Source: Klebsormidium nitens
Taxonomy: Eukaryota > Plantae > Klebsormidiophyceae
DNA length: 64,000 nucleotides
Direction of reading: 5' to 3'
Assembly: GCA_000708835.1 (NCBI GenBank)
Contig: DF237182.1
Span: 69,506-133,505 of the forward strand
The notes under the pieces were generated by a model. It had not been told where the DNA came from. It was given only the letters and a program-made list of their open reading frames with translations, and ran no database searches. The position numbers were made by a program, and so were the translations under genes. Positions 35,101-50,100 of the stretch are shown piece by piece. Numbering within the stretch: the stretch's first letter is position 1; each line of letters starts with the position of its first letter.

Positions 35101-38100
35101 CGAGTTGGAGGCCTGGGACCGGCACCCATCTCTTCCCCGCGACGTCGTGGGGGGCCGATACTCCCAGCGGTTCAGAATCTGGAACAGCGCTCGGCTGACT
35201 CTGTCAGCGGCCTCCGCTGCCGTTGCTGATGTTAGCATGTCGAAACTAGCCCGTCGGGAGGGGGGGATGGAGGACTTCGGGGCCACGTGGCTGGTGGAAC
35301 CGGCGGGGGTTGAAGTAAGTGCCTCGCTGTTGAAGGAGGTCGGGACGTCGTTGTTTGGAGGAGGAACCGCGGCGTCGGTGGTGCTTGGGTTAAGGTTAGC
35401 GGAACTGGCCGTTGACCCGTTGCCGGACGCCGTGGCACGGGCTGTGGGGGTAGCATCGCAGCTGATGCGGGGGGTGGAAAAGTTGGTGGCGGAACTTTCG
35501 CCTAAAACCGGAGCGCTAACCCAGGAAGCCCCGAGCCCAGGGGTCGGCGACGTGCTTGGGGAAGGCTTGAAATATACTGCAGATACTGCAGCAGAAGTGG
35601 TCGTTGAGCAGGTCCCCATTCCAAGCCTTGCAAAAGCGAACCAGGTCGAGTTATTCTCGCTTGCTGCCTACGTGCACGCCGCAAAACTGAAGGCCAATCT
35701 AAGCGAAGGGGGTAAACAGGAGGCTGAACGGGGCTCTGAAGGGGGTTTGGGCAGGGGAAAAGGAAGCGGTGACGTCAGAAGGGAGGGCGAAGAGAAGACT
35801 GGCGAAGCAGGACCCCAGAGCCCTTCGGGAAAAAGCAGAGCGCACGGAAGGTGGGCACACGCGACGAGAACGATTACTAACCTGAGGAGACAAGCGGCTG
35901 AGAATCGGGGTCAGCGGGACCCGCGCCCGGAGTTAGCCCAAACCCAGGCGCGGCAGCGGCTGGAGGGCGTCCCTGCACACGTGGCGCTCGAGGGAGCGTG
36001 GTTGAGCGTACACCTCAGCGGGAAGGACTGCCAGGCTGACGTGGCAGGGGGTCTGGGGGCTGTGCGGATGGAGGTCGGGGCGAAGGCCCAGGACGAAGGC
36101 TGGGGGGTTACGGCCCTAACCGACGGCAAACCCGGTTTTGGCGGCGAGCGCAGCCAACTGACACTTGGCCGGTGCGGGTTCGAGGCATCTTTGGGGGAGG
36201 TTCTGAGGAGAGGGGTGAGGGAACTAGAGGGGGAGGATACTTCCACCCTATTTGATGACAATTCCGAGAACAGGGGGTTGTTGACGGACCAGGAAATATC
36301 CCCCCCCGCGAACCTGATCTCAGCGGCGCTCCAGGTGGGCAGTCTGACGTTCTTGGAGTCTGGGGAAGCGGGGCTCACGGTGACGCGGCACGTGAAGCAG
36401 GCCATGACGGGGCCGGAGAGCCTGACGCTCGCCGTCGAAATCGCCGAAGGGCTGCAAGCAGTCTCGCTGCATTCGACGGGCGGCCTGTTTCTGGTCGACT
36501 CTGGGGCTCTCGCGCGGGCCTACGCTTTCCTGACGGACTTTGCAACGGCTCTCAGTGTCAGCGTAAGCGCGGGGCTGTCCGAAGGGGGAGGGACTCCGGA
36601 ACGCCCACAAAGAGGAGACTCTGCGTCTGGAAAAGGAGCCACCTCTTCAAACAGCCGGAGCGTGACTTCGGACGGCCAGCAACCGGGCGCGGACCCATTT
36701 GAAGCGTCCGCAGATATGAGCAGGGCGGGCGTGAAGCGCTCGTTGGAAGAGGGGCCGGAGACGGTGATTAACAGGTCGAGATCGAGAGGGACCAGCCTAA
36801 GTCAGAGCGGCAAAACGGTCCGGTGGGCAGATGTGGAGACAGCTGGCGAAGAGCAGCCGTACGGAGAGAGCGGGGGAGAAGTCGAGGAGATAGGACCCGA
36901 ATCAAAGAGCGCTGCATTTTCGGAGCGGAAGCAGGGGAAAGAGCGTACTGAATCAGGGGGAGGTCTCGGGAACGGGACGCTAGAAGCACCATCCGCGGGA
37001 GGAACGAGCGGAGTTGCTGGGCTAGATATCAAGGTTACGGTCTCGGTGAAAGGGGTGACAACGGGCCTGCTCAGGTCGATCGCCGTGGATCTAGGTGGGT
37101 ATTTGCTGCTGCCTTTCTTTCAGAACGCAGTGTCAATGTGCTCGTCAAGCTAACCTCGCAGTCAGTTTATGCTTTCTATGTGCGTGAACGATCCGAATCA
37201 ACAGTCTTTTATGGACAATTCTGATGTCCAATCATAGGTATTGTCGATGCGTCACCCTATGTAGATACTTACTAAGCTTCTACAAATCCGATAGTCCCCT
37301 TAACAGTAGCAAAGCAGCTCAAGTTTGTTTGGGTTGTTTGTCAGTCAACTTCTTGTGAAACCCACAAAGCATTCACTTCGTCGTGGTCATATTTCTGCAC
37401 TTCATAGGCTCAATCTAGGTGTTCGATCCTCTATACAGCCACATGGTTCATTTCTAAATCGTGAAGTCTTCTATTCCGGAAGTACGAATGCTTCCGAAGA
37501 TCCTCAAAAAAGCTATTGTTAATGCCCTCCTTTTTGCAGCTCCTGCGGGTGCTGTTCTGATGGAGCTCGACACCACCGCCTCAGTCACTACTGAGAACGG
37601 CGACCTCTCAGCCCGCCTTGACCTTTCCCGGGTCGCCCTTCTGGGCGTCATCCCCCCGCCTCAAGAAGTGGGCACCCGTGTTTCTGGCGAATCTAGTTCC
37701 GCCGCCCTCTTCAAAGAAGCTGAGCACGAGTCCGCCAAAACCTCCTCTCGGGAGCATTTCGGGGCAACCGTAACCAGGGGGTTCCGAGAGCAAGGTCGCC
37801 CAAGCGAGGATGAGCTTTCGCCTGCTCTACGCGGAGGCCGGCTGATACTGGAGTGCTTAAGGTTGGGGGCGAAGGTCCGAAGCGTGCCGTCGGAGAAGTC
37901 GGACGGTGTTTCGGACGATTCTTTCTCTTGGGGGGGTACCAGAAGCGGTGGACTCCTCCCCCCACCGCGGGCAGAAACCTCAGTTCTCAATCCGAAGGCC
38001 CTGGAGACGCTCGATGCCAACGAGAGCAAGCACTTAGACAGACTCATAGAAGCCGTCAGGGCGCAGAGCGGGGCCTGGGAGGGGGAGTGCCACGTCAGCG

Positions 38101-41100
38101 GCGCTGACGTGGCAGTGACGACCAGCGAGCTGCAGCTTCTGATCTCGATTGCGACTCCGCTTTACACGGCGTTGTATGCGACAGGCACTACTGCTGCTGT
38201 AGATAAGAAGATGCGCAAGGAAGTCGGGTTGGCGGTTGCTGGGAAGGACGCTGAGGAGCTTGCATTGCAAGACTTGGTGGATATTCCCGATGGTAAGAAT
38301 CAGATACTCGCACCGGTTTTTGTTGGAGACGTCTGGAAAGATGCTCTGTCGAAGGTTCCATCTCGGTTCTCGCCTTCTGAAACTCCCATGCAGGACGCAC
38401 TGCAAGACAACAGCACATGAAGATACGAGAGGAGACGTGTTTCGAGCTTTCCAAGCGGATTGAGATGCAGCTTTTCAAACAAAGCACGAGTCGTCTCTTC
38501 AATCTTGACTCATCAGCGGTTTCCTTGCTTCAAGTGCTAGACGCAGATCACTTTCAAACCAAAGAGAGCCAGCAATCACATCGTGCTCTGGAGACAGATG
38601 GCTGCAAAACCTCCCGCTTCTCAACACAAATGTGGTACAGTCTGACAACGCCCCCTTGCAACTGCAGGCGCTATTGTGGCGATCAAGGACGAGCAGGAGC
38701 AGCTGTTCGTGTCCGTGGAGCCACTCCCGTCCAATCCGGAGCACTTCCGAGTGGTCGGCAAGCGGCACTACACGCTCGCAGACACAGTGACCGGGGAGGG
38801 GCGGGCCCTGTTCAAGGTGAGGCGAGCAGGGCAAGCAGGGGGTGCACATGATGAGGGAGCCCTGACAGGGCCCTACTGAAACGTGTTTGGTGTCTCCCTG
38901 CGAGGTTTGTTCTTCCAGACGATCTTGTTGGTCGGATGAAATTGACTTTGTCTCGGAAAAGGTTCGACTTCAATATTTCGTTCTGCCAGGGACCCGCAAT
39001 CAGACTGCTCAGGTGTATCGACGCATGTTCACTAACTCAACAAGAGCAGCTGTGGTAGCTTTTAAAGAGGCATCGAGCATGAACAAATTCGCCTCTTAGG
39101 GAGTCGTTATCTTCCAATGCTCTTTCCAAACACCAACCACGCCATAAATGTCAACGCAGAGAGCTCGTAAAAAGAGCTGTCAGGAAACAGCAAAGAACGG
39201 AAGGGGAATGGAAATTGCTTATTCGTTCAGGTCAAGCGCCACTCGAAGCGTGGCAGTGGCAACAAGGACCAGGCGTGGTTCTCCTTGCTCTCGCTCTACG
39301 CCCGACACCCAACTTCCGGCGAGCCGTTCCGCCTCCACTTCTCCCCGAAGACCAACCAGGCCGGAATCAGCACCACCAACGACGGCTCCTGGGAGCTCTT
39401 CCGACTCCAGGCCGTCGAAGGCTCCCAGTACGGAACCAGTGGGGACGCATTCGACGGGGCCGAAGGCGAAGGCGGCTCCGCTCGTAAAACGCGGCCGCGG
39501 ATCCACATGGTCAACAAGAAGGCGGGCAAGGGGTTGGCGTTTTTGGAGGGGGCGCCTGTGTTCACGAGTAAGCTGGGGAACCCAGTCAAGCTTAAGGTCT
39601 TAACCGTGCCCTTAACCGAGGGTCTAGACGTCGAAGCTGGCTCAAACACCGGGGCTGGGGTCGTCCAGGGACAACGTGACGTCATCCCCACCGAGAGCAC
39701 GCGTCAGCCGATCGAGACGCCACTGGAGTTGCCTTTGCAACATGTGGAGAATGTTGCGGTGGCGCTGACGAGCGTGCCACATGTCAAGGTCTCAGTGGCA
39801 GGGGGCCTGAAGGCGACGATCCTCCACGAGGCAGCGGGAGGGGCCCACATCCTGCCGTTGCTGCGCCTCAGTGCTGACGACATCGGGGCCATAGTGACGT
39901 CGGGCACGAGAAAGTCCCGGGCCTATGCTGAGCTGGTGACGTCAGCGGAGTACTTCGAGTCTCAGAGGAGCCAGTGGGGGCCGATGGTGACGAATCTGGC
40001 GCTGGACGTGTCGTACAGGTGTGCATCTTTTGCTAGTGAAGTGTCATTCTAGCTGCCAGTTCTCTTCCTGTCCTTCAATTCTGCGATTTTTGGTTTGAAA
40101 GCCATCGGGACCAAGCAATGCTGACCACTGGCTGCGAAAGTCGGAAGCGACTGAGTCCATGCGATGCTTTCCTTGAGAACTTAAAAGAACTTCAAAGAAA
40201 GCTACAGGTGAGGATGCTATTCTGATGGGTAACCTCCGGCTCCGTTTCGATAAGCCCATGAGAATGTTGAGATGTCAGTACCTCCCTTCAGATCATGTCT
40301 CTGGGCGGATCTTACACCCAGACCTGACCATTCATCCTGTAAATGTTTCTGCAGAGGCCGATCTGGGGACTCTGCGGATCGCCCACCGGACCGCCCTCAG
40401 AAGCCGCTCCCCTTTCCCTTCCCTAAAGTGCCCACCAACGTTTTCCTCTTCATCCGAGACCGGGTTGACTTTGAGCTTAACCAAGTTGCCATGGACACGC
40501 TACTCTTCCTGGTGGGCGCCCTCGGGTTAGCGGGACCCTACGTGGTTAAGTACTCCCCGACTCAGGCGAACCAGTGCCGGGTGGAAAATAAAACCGGCGT
40601 TGACCTCATGTGCCGGTTCAATGACGAGGAGGGAGAGGCAGCGCGGAGCGACGGTGTGGTGCGCTCCTTCGAAGGGGAATCCTTTCTCATACGGTGAGAA
40701 TCGATGTCGCGAATCTATCTTGACTTAGGCCTCTTTCGACTTCAATTAGTGCCCCAGGCTCAAACAAACCAACCTGAGGTTAACGTACTCATACCCACCC
40801 CAATCCCCCAAACCAATATCACCCGTCTCCCGGGCATGACGGAATTTTTACATAGCCTTACCTCAGCGTAAAGAGTCCTTAAGTTCCTGGGTTGCAGCGC
40901 TGCTTGTTTTTCGTTTCCGCAGCGATGCAGACTTCAGCCATCCAGACGGAAAGTTTCTACATGTGCAACAAATCTAGAAATGTTGGTTGTAACATATCGA
41001 GGTGATTTTTAATCAGTGATTGCCATTGCAGGAATGAGGAATGAGGGGGTTGGGAACGCTAGGAGACCGATCGAGATCCGGAGTCCGGTTCCTGACGATA

Positions 41101-44100
41101 CCTGACGGACCTTTAGATAGGCTTCGCAAATTCACTGCTATTGAGAAAGCTTAGATCAGCATTGCATGGCACCTTTCCTCCGCATCATAGCCCCACCCCC
41201 TGAAGCATACGTGGCAGCTTGGCAACAGCTCCTTCTCGCGTCTTTGTCGCTCGTCTAAAAGGTCGACCACCGTGTTTTCCGCCTAGGCACATTGCGTCCC
41301 GCCGCGACCCCCGCCCGGCCCTTGCAAGCTCGGGTCTAGTCCTACAGTTGCGGGATGCCCCGCATGGTCTAAGTTCCGCTCCGTTCGGGTTTCCGTTCAC
41401 GGAGTCCGATGCCCGTCTGGTAAACCTGAAGCTGACCGGGCGGAATGACCGGAATCGGAGGGGGGAGCCGGTGGGCGAAGCGCAGGTGGTGATAGACATG
41501 TCTACGCAGAGCCAGGTGAGGCGAGGGCTGTGGCGACCTGCGGCTGGACAAGCTCAGCTTCTGGTCGCCTTTTTTCATGCTTGCAGAGTGCTCGGACTGA
41601 CCAGAAAGGGAGCATAATGGTTGCAGGCAAAAGGCTTGTCGCCTCTCCGTCCCTATCACACCTTTGCACAGCCCATGATCGTCAGTGGTCCCAATTTACT
41701 TGCCAGCTGGCAACTTTGCGATCTTCGTAGTCCCATTTTTTGCGGAATACTTGCTTCTTCCGTTATTCTCCTCTTCTCTCACCGCCTATTCCTTTGCTTA
41801 GTCCGACAGCTCCCTCGAACCTCCATCTTTTGATCACGTCACGATCCCGATCATGGGGTTTCGCTTTGCTTAGGTGGGCCTCGTCGTGAACGCCTCCCCG
41901 CTGCTCCTCGTTCGAAACGCGTCCGGCGTTTCGCTGGACGTCTTCAGCCGGTCCCAAGACCAGGGGCCGGACCCCGGAAGAGACGACTTCTTCACCCTCG
42001 CGAATAACCGAGCAGCCGACGATCTGGCGTCCGCATTCCAACGAGCTGCGGACGGGACGTCGAAGGGACTGTCCGCAAGTGAGTGGTTCCGTGGTGGATC
42101 TTGAACGCTGTCAATCTGCGACGGGCAGTTGCTCAGATGGTCTTGATGAAAGGCTTCGGTCGAGAATACATCCTGAGTGCAGCGTAAGGGCCGAGCGTGC
42201 ATAGGCCGAGCCGATTTCCATGCAGAGAACTAGCCAACAACGCATTAGCGTAATCGTGGTTTGGCAGTGGCCTTCGATCTGCTGACGACCTTTGCGATGC
42301 ATGATTGTCTGGGAGAGCCTATTGGAGGGCCGTACTGGTTTCGGTTATTTGTCGGGAATCCCCTTCAGCTTAAAGCCGTACTTCCACGGAGCGAGCAGCT
42401 CTAGTCATCAAGACATTGTCGCCACCATGCCTGATGCCCGTTCTTGATGCACCCACTCGTGTTTCCAAGGCTGGCTCTTGCCCAAAATTGCCCACATCCG
42501 TCGAAGCATGCAAGCGCTGAACTATCAGCGCTTGATCATGCCGCAAATTGACACCGTCTGCTTTACTCCAGGCGACGCCTTTCTCTGCATCCGCCCCACC
42601 GGAGCCGTCGGCCCCAGCGGCTGGTCGGATGACATCATCCGGGCTCCGCAGACGGCTCTCCCGGCGTGGGCCGATCAGCTCGTAATGGGCGCGCGCTCCG
42701 TCATGAGCGAGATCCTGGGCCACCGGTTCGACCTCGCGGTGGCGACCGTGTCCTGCAAAGTTGGCCNNNNNNNNNNNNNNNNNNNNNNNNNNNNNNNNNN
42801 NNNNNNNNNNNNNNNNNNNNNNNNNNNNNNNNNNNNNNNNNNNNNNNNNNNNNNNNNNNNNNNNNNNNNNNNNNNNNNNNNNNNNNNNNNNNNNNNNNNN
42901 NNNNNNNNNNNNNNNNNNNNNNNNNNNNNNNNNNNNNNNNNNNNNNNNNNNNNNNNNNNNNNNNNNNNNGGCGGGATGCACTTCCTGGTGAAGACGCTCT
43001 TGCGAAAGGTGCCACGCCGAGATACAGGCGCAGTAAACAATTGGGCCGACCAGAGGGAGATTGTTGTGCTGCCGACGATGCGGGTGCGCAACACGCTGCC
43101 AGAGGACGTGGCGGTGCGGCTGCACCAGTCACATGACGAGGCTGACGCGTGGCTGACGTCATTGGCGGGGAGGGCGAAGGGGGACAGGGGAGGCGGATTG
43201 GCGGAATTAAGCGGCGGGGCTTTGGAGGAGGGGGAGAGGGAGGATGTGGACAGGGAAGAGTCTGGCGCTTCGAATGGAGAAACTGGAAAGGACGGGGACG
43301 GAACGGTCGTTAAACCAGGGGCGGATGCCGAAGGAGTAGTGCCAAGAGATGGGGGAAACGAGGGGAGTCTGCAGAAGGCAGCCCATATGAATGGGGCAAC
43401 GGATGCAAATATTGATCCTGGCGGTCTGTCTGATGCCGTAGACTCAGTAACCAGCAAACCGGTTGACTCTGAGACTTTCACCGGGAACGAAAAGCAAAAT
43501 GAAAGCGAGTCTGGGGCACCTACGAAGGCCACGGGATCAGTTTCAAAAGTGAAGCCCATTTCAAAGGCGCCCACTAAGAAGTTCACGCTCTCCCAGACCG
43601 CCAGCTTCTTCCGGAGAGCTGCTCCGAGAAACCCGCTAGAGGGCGTCGACGGCTCGGTCGTGCCTGGGAGGGGCCAAGAGATCTGCCTCCACGGAAACCC
43701 GGCCAACGCGTTTCTGAGCGTGTACCACCCGGAACTGGGTGCCAGTCTAGAACCGGTGTCTCTGGCCGAAAGCGGGTTAGTTGACCTAACCGCAGCCCGT
43801 GAGTCGCTGTCAATAGCGGGGTGGGGGTCGTCGGGAAACAAGTCGGAGACCGATCTGGAGGTGCGGTTTGGAAAGGGCGACAACGACAAAAAGGGACTGG
43901 TAGTGGTTCGAGTGGCGAGAGACGCGGACGGCGTTCTCAAGTTGACTCTCCACGTCAGGTGAGAGGGCTTCTCTCTCAACACTTCATGAGAGAATTACAT
44001 CTGCGGATCATGCTCTTTCTGGAGCTATATCACCAGAGTCTCCCAAAAATAATGTTGCCAGATGCGAGGAGAAAGAACCAATTGTTGAGTTGGCTGCGCT

Positions 44101-47100
44101 CTGCTTCTTCGGAGCCACATCTAGGAGCCACTCAGGGAGTTCTTTAGAAGCATTCTGCCAAACTTTACGCTTTGAACGAGCAACAAAGAACAGTCGTTTA
44201 CATTACTCATCCCTATTGTCATCTAATCATTCCTTGGACAACTGGCCTTCGAATGCTCTGTTCGCTAACTCGCAGTCACAGCAACGCCTGCGTGTGTTGG
44301 ATATGCATATCTTTCAACTCGGCACCCCTGCCTCGCAAACAAAATTGAAGGAAGGCCTCAAGTATACCAATAAGCAGAACGCGCAGGCCAAATGTACGCT
44401 GATACTAAAGACTCTTGCCCCCCTTTCACCAGGTACTCCTTCCAGAATGACAGCGGCGCGGTTCTCGAGTGCGTCCCCTGTCCGCAGCCCAAAAAGAAGG
44501 GCCACTTCGGACGGCATAAGGGGCCCCCCGACGCCCCGGACTGGCCCCCCCGGGACCATCCGGACGCAGCATCGACGGCCCAGATTCGCCCAGGCACCCT
44601 GGCGGCCTGGATGTGCGGCTCGGAAACGCTCCTGGTGCGAGAACCCCCCCGGAGCGGGAGCAGCCCCCCGAAAGCGACGTTTCTGGACATAAAGGCGCTA
44701 GCGGGCGCGCTGGAGATCGATTTGGTGGGGGAGCGAGAGGACGGAAAGAGGCGGCACCTGCAACTTGGCTTGGCAATCGTGACTCCAACGCTTGGTGAGC
44801 TGTCTGCCAGCAGAGCCGCTAAGCTGAGCCTAGAAAGCTGAAGAAAACGAGCGTTCGTGATTCGTCACGATGGATTTTCCCTCAATGGTCGACGTTCTTC
44901 AGGCCTTGTCGCTGTCAGCTTTTGTGGATCATGCCCACCTCTTATCGGGGACCAGCAAGCGAGATTGAGTCGGGGACCAGCAAGCGAGATTGAGGCCTAT
45001 TGAAGTCTGTCTACATTAAGGTGGTTCTGCGCCTAAATGGGCTGGACACTCGCTCACCTATTCGTCAACTGTTAGACCGTGCCGCACTCTAAGTTTGGCC
45101 GGTCATCGGTTTACCTGCTGTTGGCTCAACACGTCTACCTAACCTGTGCACCACAAAATCTGCCCTCCACTTGCAGGCACAGCGGCTAGCGCAATGGACC
45201 TCACCCGCATCATCCGCTTGCGGCCTCGCTACATCGTGCTCAACAGCGGGAGCAAGCCCATACTAGTTGCTCAGGACGGCTTCGAACGAGACCCACAGTT
45301 CGTGAGGAAGCTTGCCCCGGGGGAAAGGGTCGCCATGCACGCGCAAGAACTGGTCACGGACGAGAACAACGAGGATGGCGACAGACGAAAAGGACACAGT
45401 GAACACAACGGTAAGTTTGCGCCAATAATGCGTTAATGTAATTAGCGCTAGGTAAATTGCGCTAATGTTATCTTGCGCTGCACATTGACAGTCTTAAGGA
45501 ACTGCGACAGCGTTTGCGAATAACCCTTTTGGTGGAGAGTCGTGGGCGGGTTCTAGTTGTTACTAGCTAATTTAACCAGCGAAGTTGGAACGACTACTTT
45601 CCTGAACCGCTTGTACCGGTTCTTGACAGGGGAAACTCACAACTCAGCCTAAAAACCAACCTGTACTCTCTCTCTTCAGGCCCCGTTGAGTCCCCCGGCC
45701 AATTACACCTTCGCGTCCGCCCGGAGGGATCCCCTCACGAGTGGTCGGGGCGCCTGTGCGCCGCTGCACTGGGCACCTTTTACCTCAAGTCCCGGCCGGG
45801 TCTGCAGCTGGGGGATCCCCCGGCAGGCGACCGAGCCCCGCTCCTGTGGCTGGCCGAGGTCGCCGACGACAGCCCCAGCCTGGTCGTCAGTATCCGCCCA
45901 CAAACTACCGCAAGCGTTCCATACAAAATCGAGAATAACATGCAGCAGGGGATCATCTCGTTCTGTCAAAAGGTGAGACTGCACCTTGTTCACAGAAACT
46001 GCGCTTCTCAAGTGTCATTGGACTTGGGCCTCATCCTTGTTTGGCTGTGCTTCCAAGTATGTGCGTATTTTTTGAAGGCAAACGGCGAAGCACGTTCTCA
46101 TGGTGAGAACAAGACATCCGTTAGAGCGATTTTTCTCCTCTGATTCAGAAGCAAAAACTGTCAACTGAGGCTTACCCTCCTGAGCATGTCTTCGTTGCTA
46201 CATGGGGGCCGAGCGAATTACTTGGGCAAAAAAGTAAGACAGACCGCTCTGACACCCAAATGAACAAACGGAGTCCTCAAGTTTTAGCCTAAGTTTCGCT
46301 CGCAAAAGCAGCGCCCCTCTTATCCAACGACAAAGGCCAGAGACATTTGGATCTGATAAGCCAAACGATGACACGTGTCGGTCCTTCATTGGTGCAGGGC
46401 ATGTCCGAAATGGAGTTGCTGGAGCCGGGGCAATCCGTGGAGTTTGTGTGGGACGACCTTGCTCAAGAGCGGCGGCTCGTGGTCGTGGTCGTCGGTGAGT
46501 GCTTCCACGTGACAAACTCTGCTTCGTTGGACGGAAAATGAGAGGCCGCTGATTTGCTCGCGAAGAGATTCTAGGAGGGTGTCGTGATACAGAAGCGGGT
46601 GGCTAAACGATGCTCCGAGGCGTTGTGGAAGTCGCAAGACCACAATGATAGGAAAGCTCAGAAGGGTTGCATATAAGCACGCCCGAGCTGCATCCGGCTC
46701 AGGGGAATTGCCGGTTTGATTGCAGGGAGGTGACTTCCTGGGACTCTCTTATTAATTGTGGCCTCAGAATGGACGCCAGACGTACTGACAGCGAACCTGA
46801 CTAAACATCCTTTCTATTTCGCATCTCAACCTGCTGACCTGTTTTTACAAGCCGTTTTGAACTCATCAGACCGCTCTCCGGTTTTCTTTCTGCAAGTACT
46901 CAGCTGCCTCGTAACAAGGTGGCGTGTCTGGACAGCAATTAGCAAGCTCCTCGTTTGATTCGTTTCTCAAGCCTTCTCTCACCCCCTTTTGCGACTAGGA
47001 CAACCTGGCAGTTAACCCGTTTCTTGACCTACGGTTTGCAGGCACCCAGCTGCGCGAGGAGGTGCGGTTGGACAAGCTGCGCGGCTGGACGGCAATGCGC

Positions 47101-50100
47101 GCCCGCGGCGCCGCGCGCTCGAGCACCTTCTTCTCGCGCTTCCACGACAAGGTGGCCACGGCCGCGCTCAAGGCTATGGCAGGGGACGCGGCCGAGGGTG
47201 ACGTCAGCTACCAGGTAGGCAAGATTACACGGGGCTGCGTTCGTTGAAATACTCAGCAATAGGCGGGGCTCATTTTTCTGTAAGGAATCACTAGCGGCAG
47301 GCGAGGCTGCAATTTCCTGTAAAAGTACTCCGTGGATCCTGTGGAGAAGCTTTTGCAACTGCTGGGCGCACATGCTTGGAGGACTTTTCGAAGCACGGAT
47401 GTCGAGTGTTAAGATAAAGCAAGGTCTTTGCGTGATAAGCCGATCTCTGACATTTTCGCCTTCAGCATAACTTTTGCAGAAGGTGAGCTCATTGCTGGTA
47501 ATTCAAGCGACTGAAGCCAGACCTCGATGAACGCCCGTTAGCAAACGCTGTCCTTCTCCATCTCAGAACCGATATTGTCGTCGTCAAGAACCGCGACGCT
47601 GCCGTTTAATCTTGTCTTTTCTCAGACTGCTTCTTTACTGCCTCCTCTAATATTCCCAAACCCCGGCGCAGGTCTCGGCCGACGGCCCCACTCGCGTGCT
47701 GCGCGTCAGCGACCAAACGGAGGAGACGTCAGCGCCCAAGGAGGATGACGTGGCGACCATGGAGGCTCGCGTCAGCCTGTCGTCACTTGGGTTCACGCTC
47801 CTCGAAAACGTCCGACAGCGGAGGGAAAGAGACCGAGCACGGTTGCAAGTGGCGCAGACAGTGAACGAAGAGAGCTACAGCCCGCTGCTGTATTTGAGAG
47901 TGATTGGCGTCGAGGTGGATTACGTCAGCGGAGAGGAGAGCGTGTCAGCGGAGGTGAAGCTGCGGGTGAGTTGCGAGCCCCGGGGACGCACCACGTGCCC
48001 AAAAAGCGAGTGGCGGAGAGATTCAGGGGCGCTGCAGACTTCTCTCTAAAAGCGGGCAAGAATTGGTTCAGATTGGAGCGGCAGCGATCCGATTTTGGAA
48101 AAATACAAGGATGCATCTTCAACCATACTCAGCCCATCCGTCGCATCTCTTCAATGTCGACCATTGCCAGACCATTCCCACCCATCCTTTCTATCATCCA
48201 GACTCCACATACTCTCCAGTGATTGTCATCAATGAAAATTTCCCCCAAGATGCTGCTTTTCTGACTGCTTTATGGGACGGAGTGGTCCAGGTTAATCATC
48301 CTTCAAATCTGCAATCAATACTTTATTGGAAACTCTCGCTTTTCTGACCCTCGTTTCCTTCACCCGGTTTTCAGCGTGCGGACATCGACGTCCGGTGGGA
48401 GGGCGCCCGCAAGCCGGTGCTGCTGCGGCCGTACGCGGGCTTCGACGACGAAAAGGGCGACACGCTGATGCACCTCGCGGTCATCGGCTCCACCAAGACC
48501 ACGAGCCCGCTGCACCTCACCTACTTTTCCTTCCTTCTCCAAGTAAGAAGAACTTACTATACCCTTCCCCCAAAGATGTGTCCCGATACATCTTGTGTCA
48601 CTCCTTTATTTGGGCTGTTTGGCGAAAGTGCAACCTTGCGTAAGTCTTCTAACATCACGAGCCCGCTGCACGTCACCTACTGCCCCTTCCTTTTTGAGTG
48701 AAAAAGAGCCTCTTCACCTCCGACCAACGTTGCGTCCGTATGCATCTTGTATCGCCTCTCTGTTTGGGCTGTTCTGCAAAAGTGCAGCTCTGCGCGAGTT
48801 TTCAAAGATGCCGTGTCATCTCATTCGCTGAGTAGGGCAAGAAGCTGAATGGTCAAGAAAGGCTTCCAGAACTCCAGCAGATGAGAAAGACTAGAAGGGG
48901 TTGGAACGGGCCCTCCTCAATGGCTTTCCACGTGGCTACTTACAGTGGTTTCTGAAGAGGATCAGAAAGCTCAGCGCGCTCCGGAATCCCGGGTGCTGGA
49001 CTATGTGCGTGTTGAAGTTTAAGAACACTTGAATATCCAGACTCCTAGCCCTATCCGTGCAGGCAATTGAGGTGAACGTGGACGAGGACACGCTGGTGAA
49101 GCTGGTCGCGTTTGCGCGCACGTCGCTGGCCCCGCCGGTGACCAAGGCCCCCAGCACGCTGGTCTACTTCGAGCGCTTTGAAGTGCACCCCATCAAGGTG
49201 AGGCCTCATATCAGGGCCGAAGGTAGCGTCAATGTTGCTGGACGAAGGCGCCGTCAAAACGTGCTCCTCCTTCATTGTCGCCGTCTGAGGAGAGTCAAAT
49301 CAGACGGCAATTTCTCCACAGGGAGCGCGGGTCCGGGAGTCCCCTTGTTTGCTGCTTAATAAAACTCTCTCACATTCTTGCTGCTCTCAGACAGGGCAGG
49401 AGCTTTGATATTGAACAAGGCCAAACGGAAACGTTCAACCCATAAACAATGCTCTGCCAAGACCCGTAAGCAAACCTTCAAATAGGCATTCTCCGCCCCC
49501 AGACCCTGGGAAGGTGATTTCCTATTGAGCAACGCTGACACAGATGCAGTCTCTGTCAGAACAGGACACAAGCAACCGCTGAGCAAGACTCTATATCCTC
49601 TCGTTAGAGTCTACTTGTTTCCGCAGAAAGTTTGCAACCCTTTGCTGCTCCAGATCTGAAGAGCTTTCTCCAAAGAAAGCGAAGAGCCACGGACGACAGA
49701 TGGCGAAGAGCTGAGAAAGCTCTTCGCTGAGAAAGCTCGTGCCGCTCCATGGCAGCACCGGCACGGAAGGGGACGTTGCAGCAAATGGCTCCGCCACACA
49801 CTAAAATCCCTATTGTAAGCCTGCGGAATATCGGTATAAGCATCTTATATCTTACCGCTGTGCGAATTCTTGCCGTCTTTCAGATTGTGGGCAGCTTCCT
49901 CCCGGGCAGCGCGGACACGGAGGGCGACTCGGCGCAGGAGGCGCTGCGCGGGATGCTGCACTCGGTGGTCCGGCTGCCGGCCGTGAAGAACCAGAAGGTG
50001 GAGCTCAACGGGGTGCTGCTCACGCACGCGCTGCTCACCTACAGCCAGCTGGCGACCAAGTGTGCCATCCACTACTACTGGTACGTCGCCGGAGACTGGT

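Noticed and set aside
34195-36405. 474-aa and 164-aa minus-strand ORFs
   Set aside because: Antisense to the 3-kb VPS13X exon; Ser/Ala/Thr-rich shadow translations.
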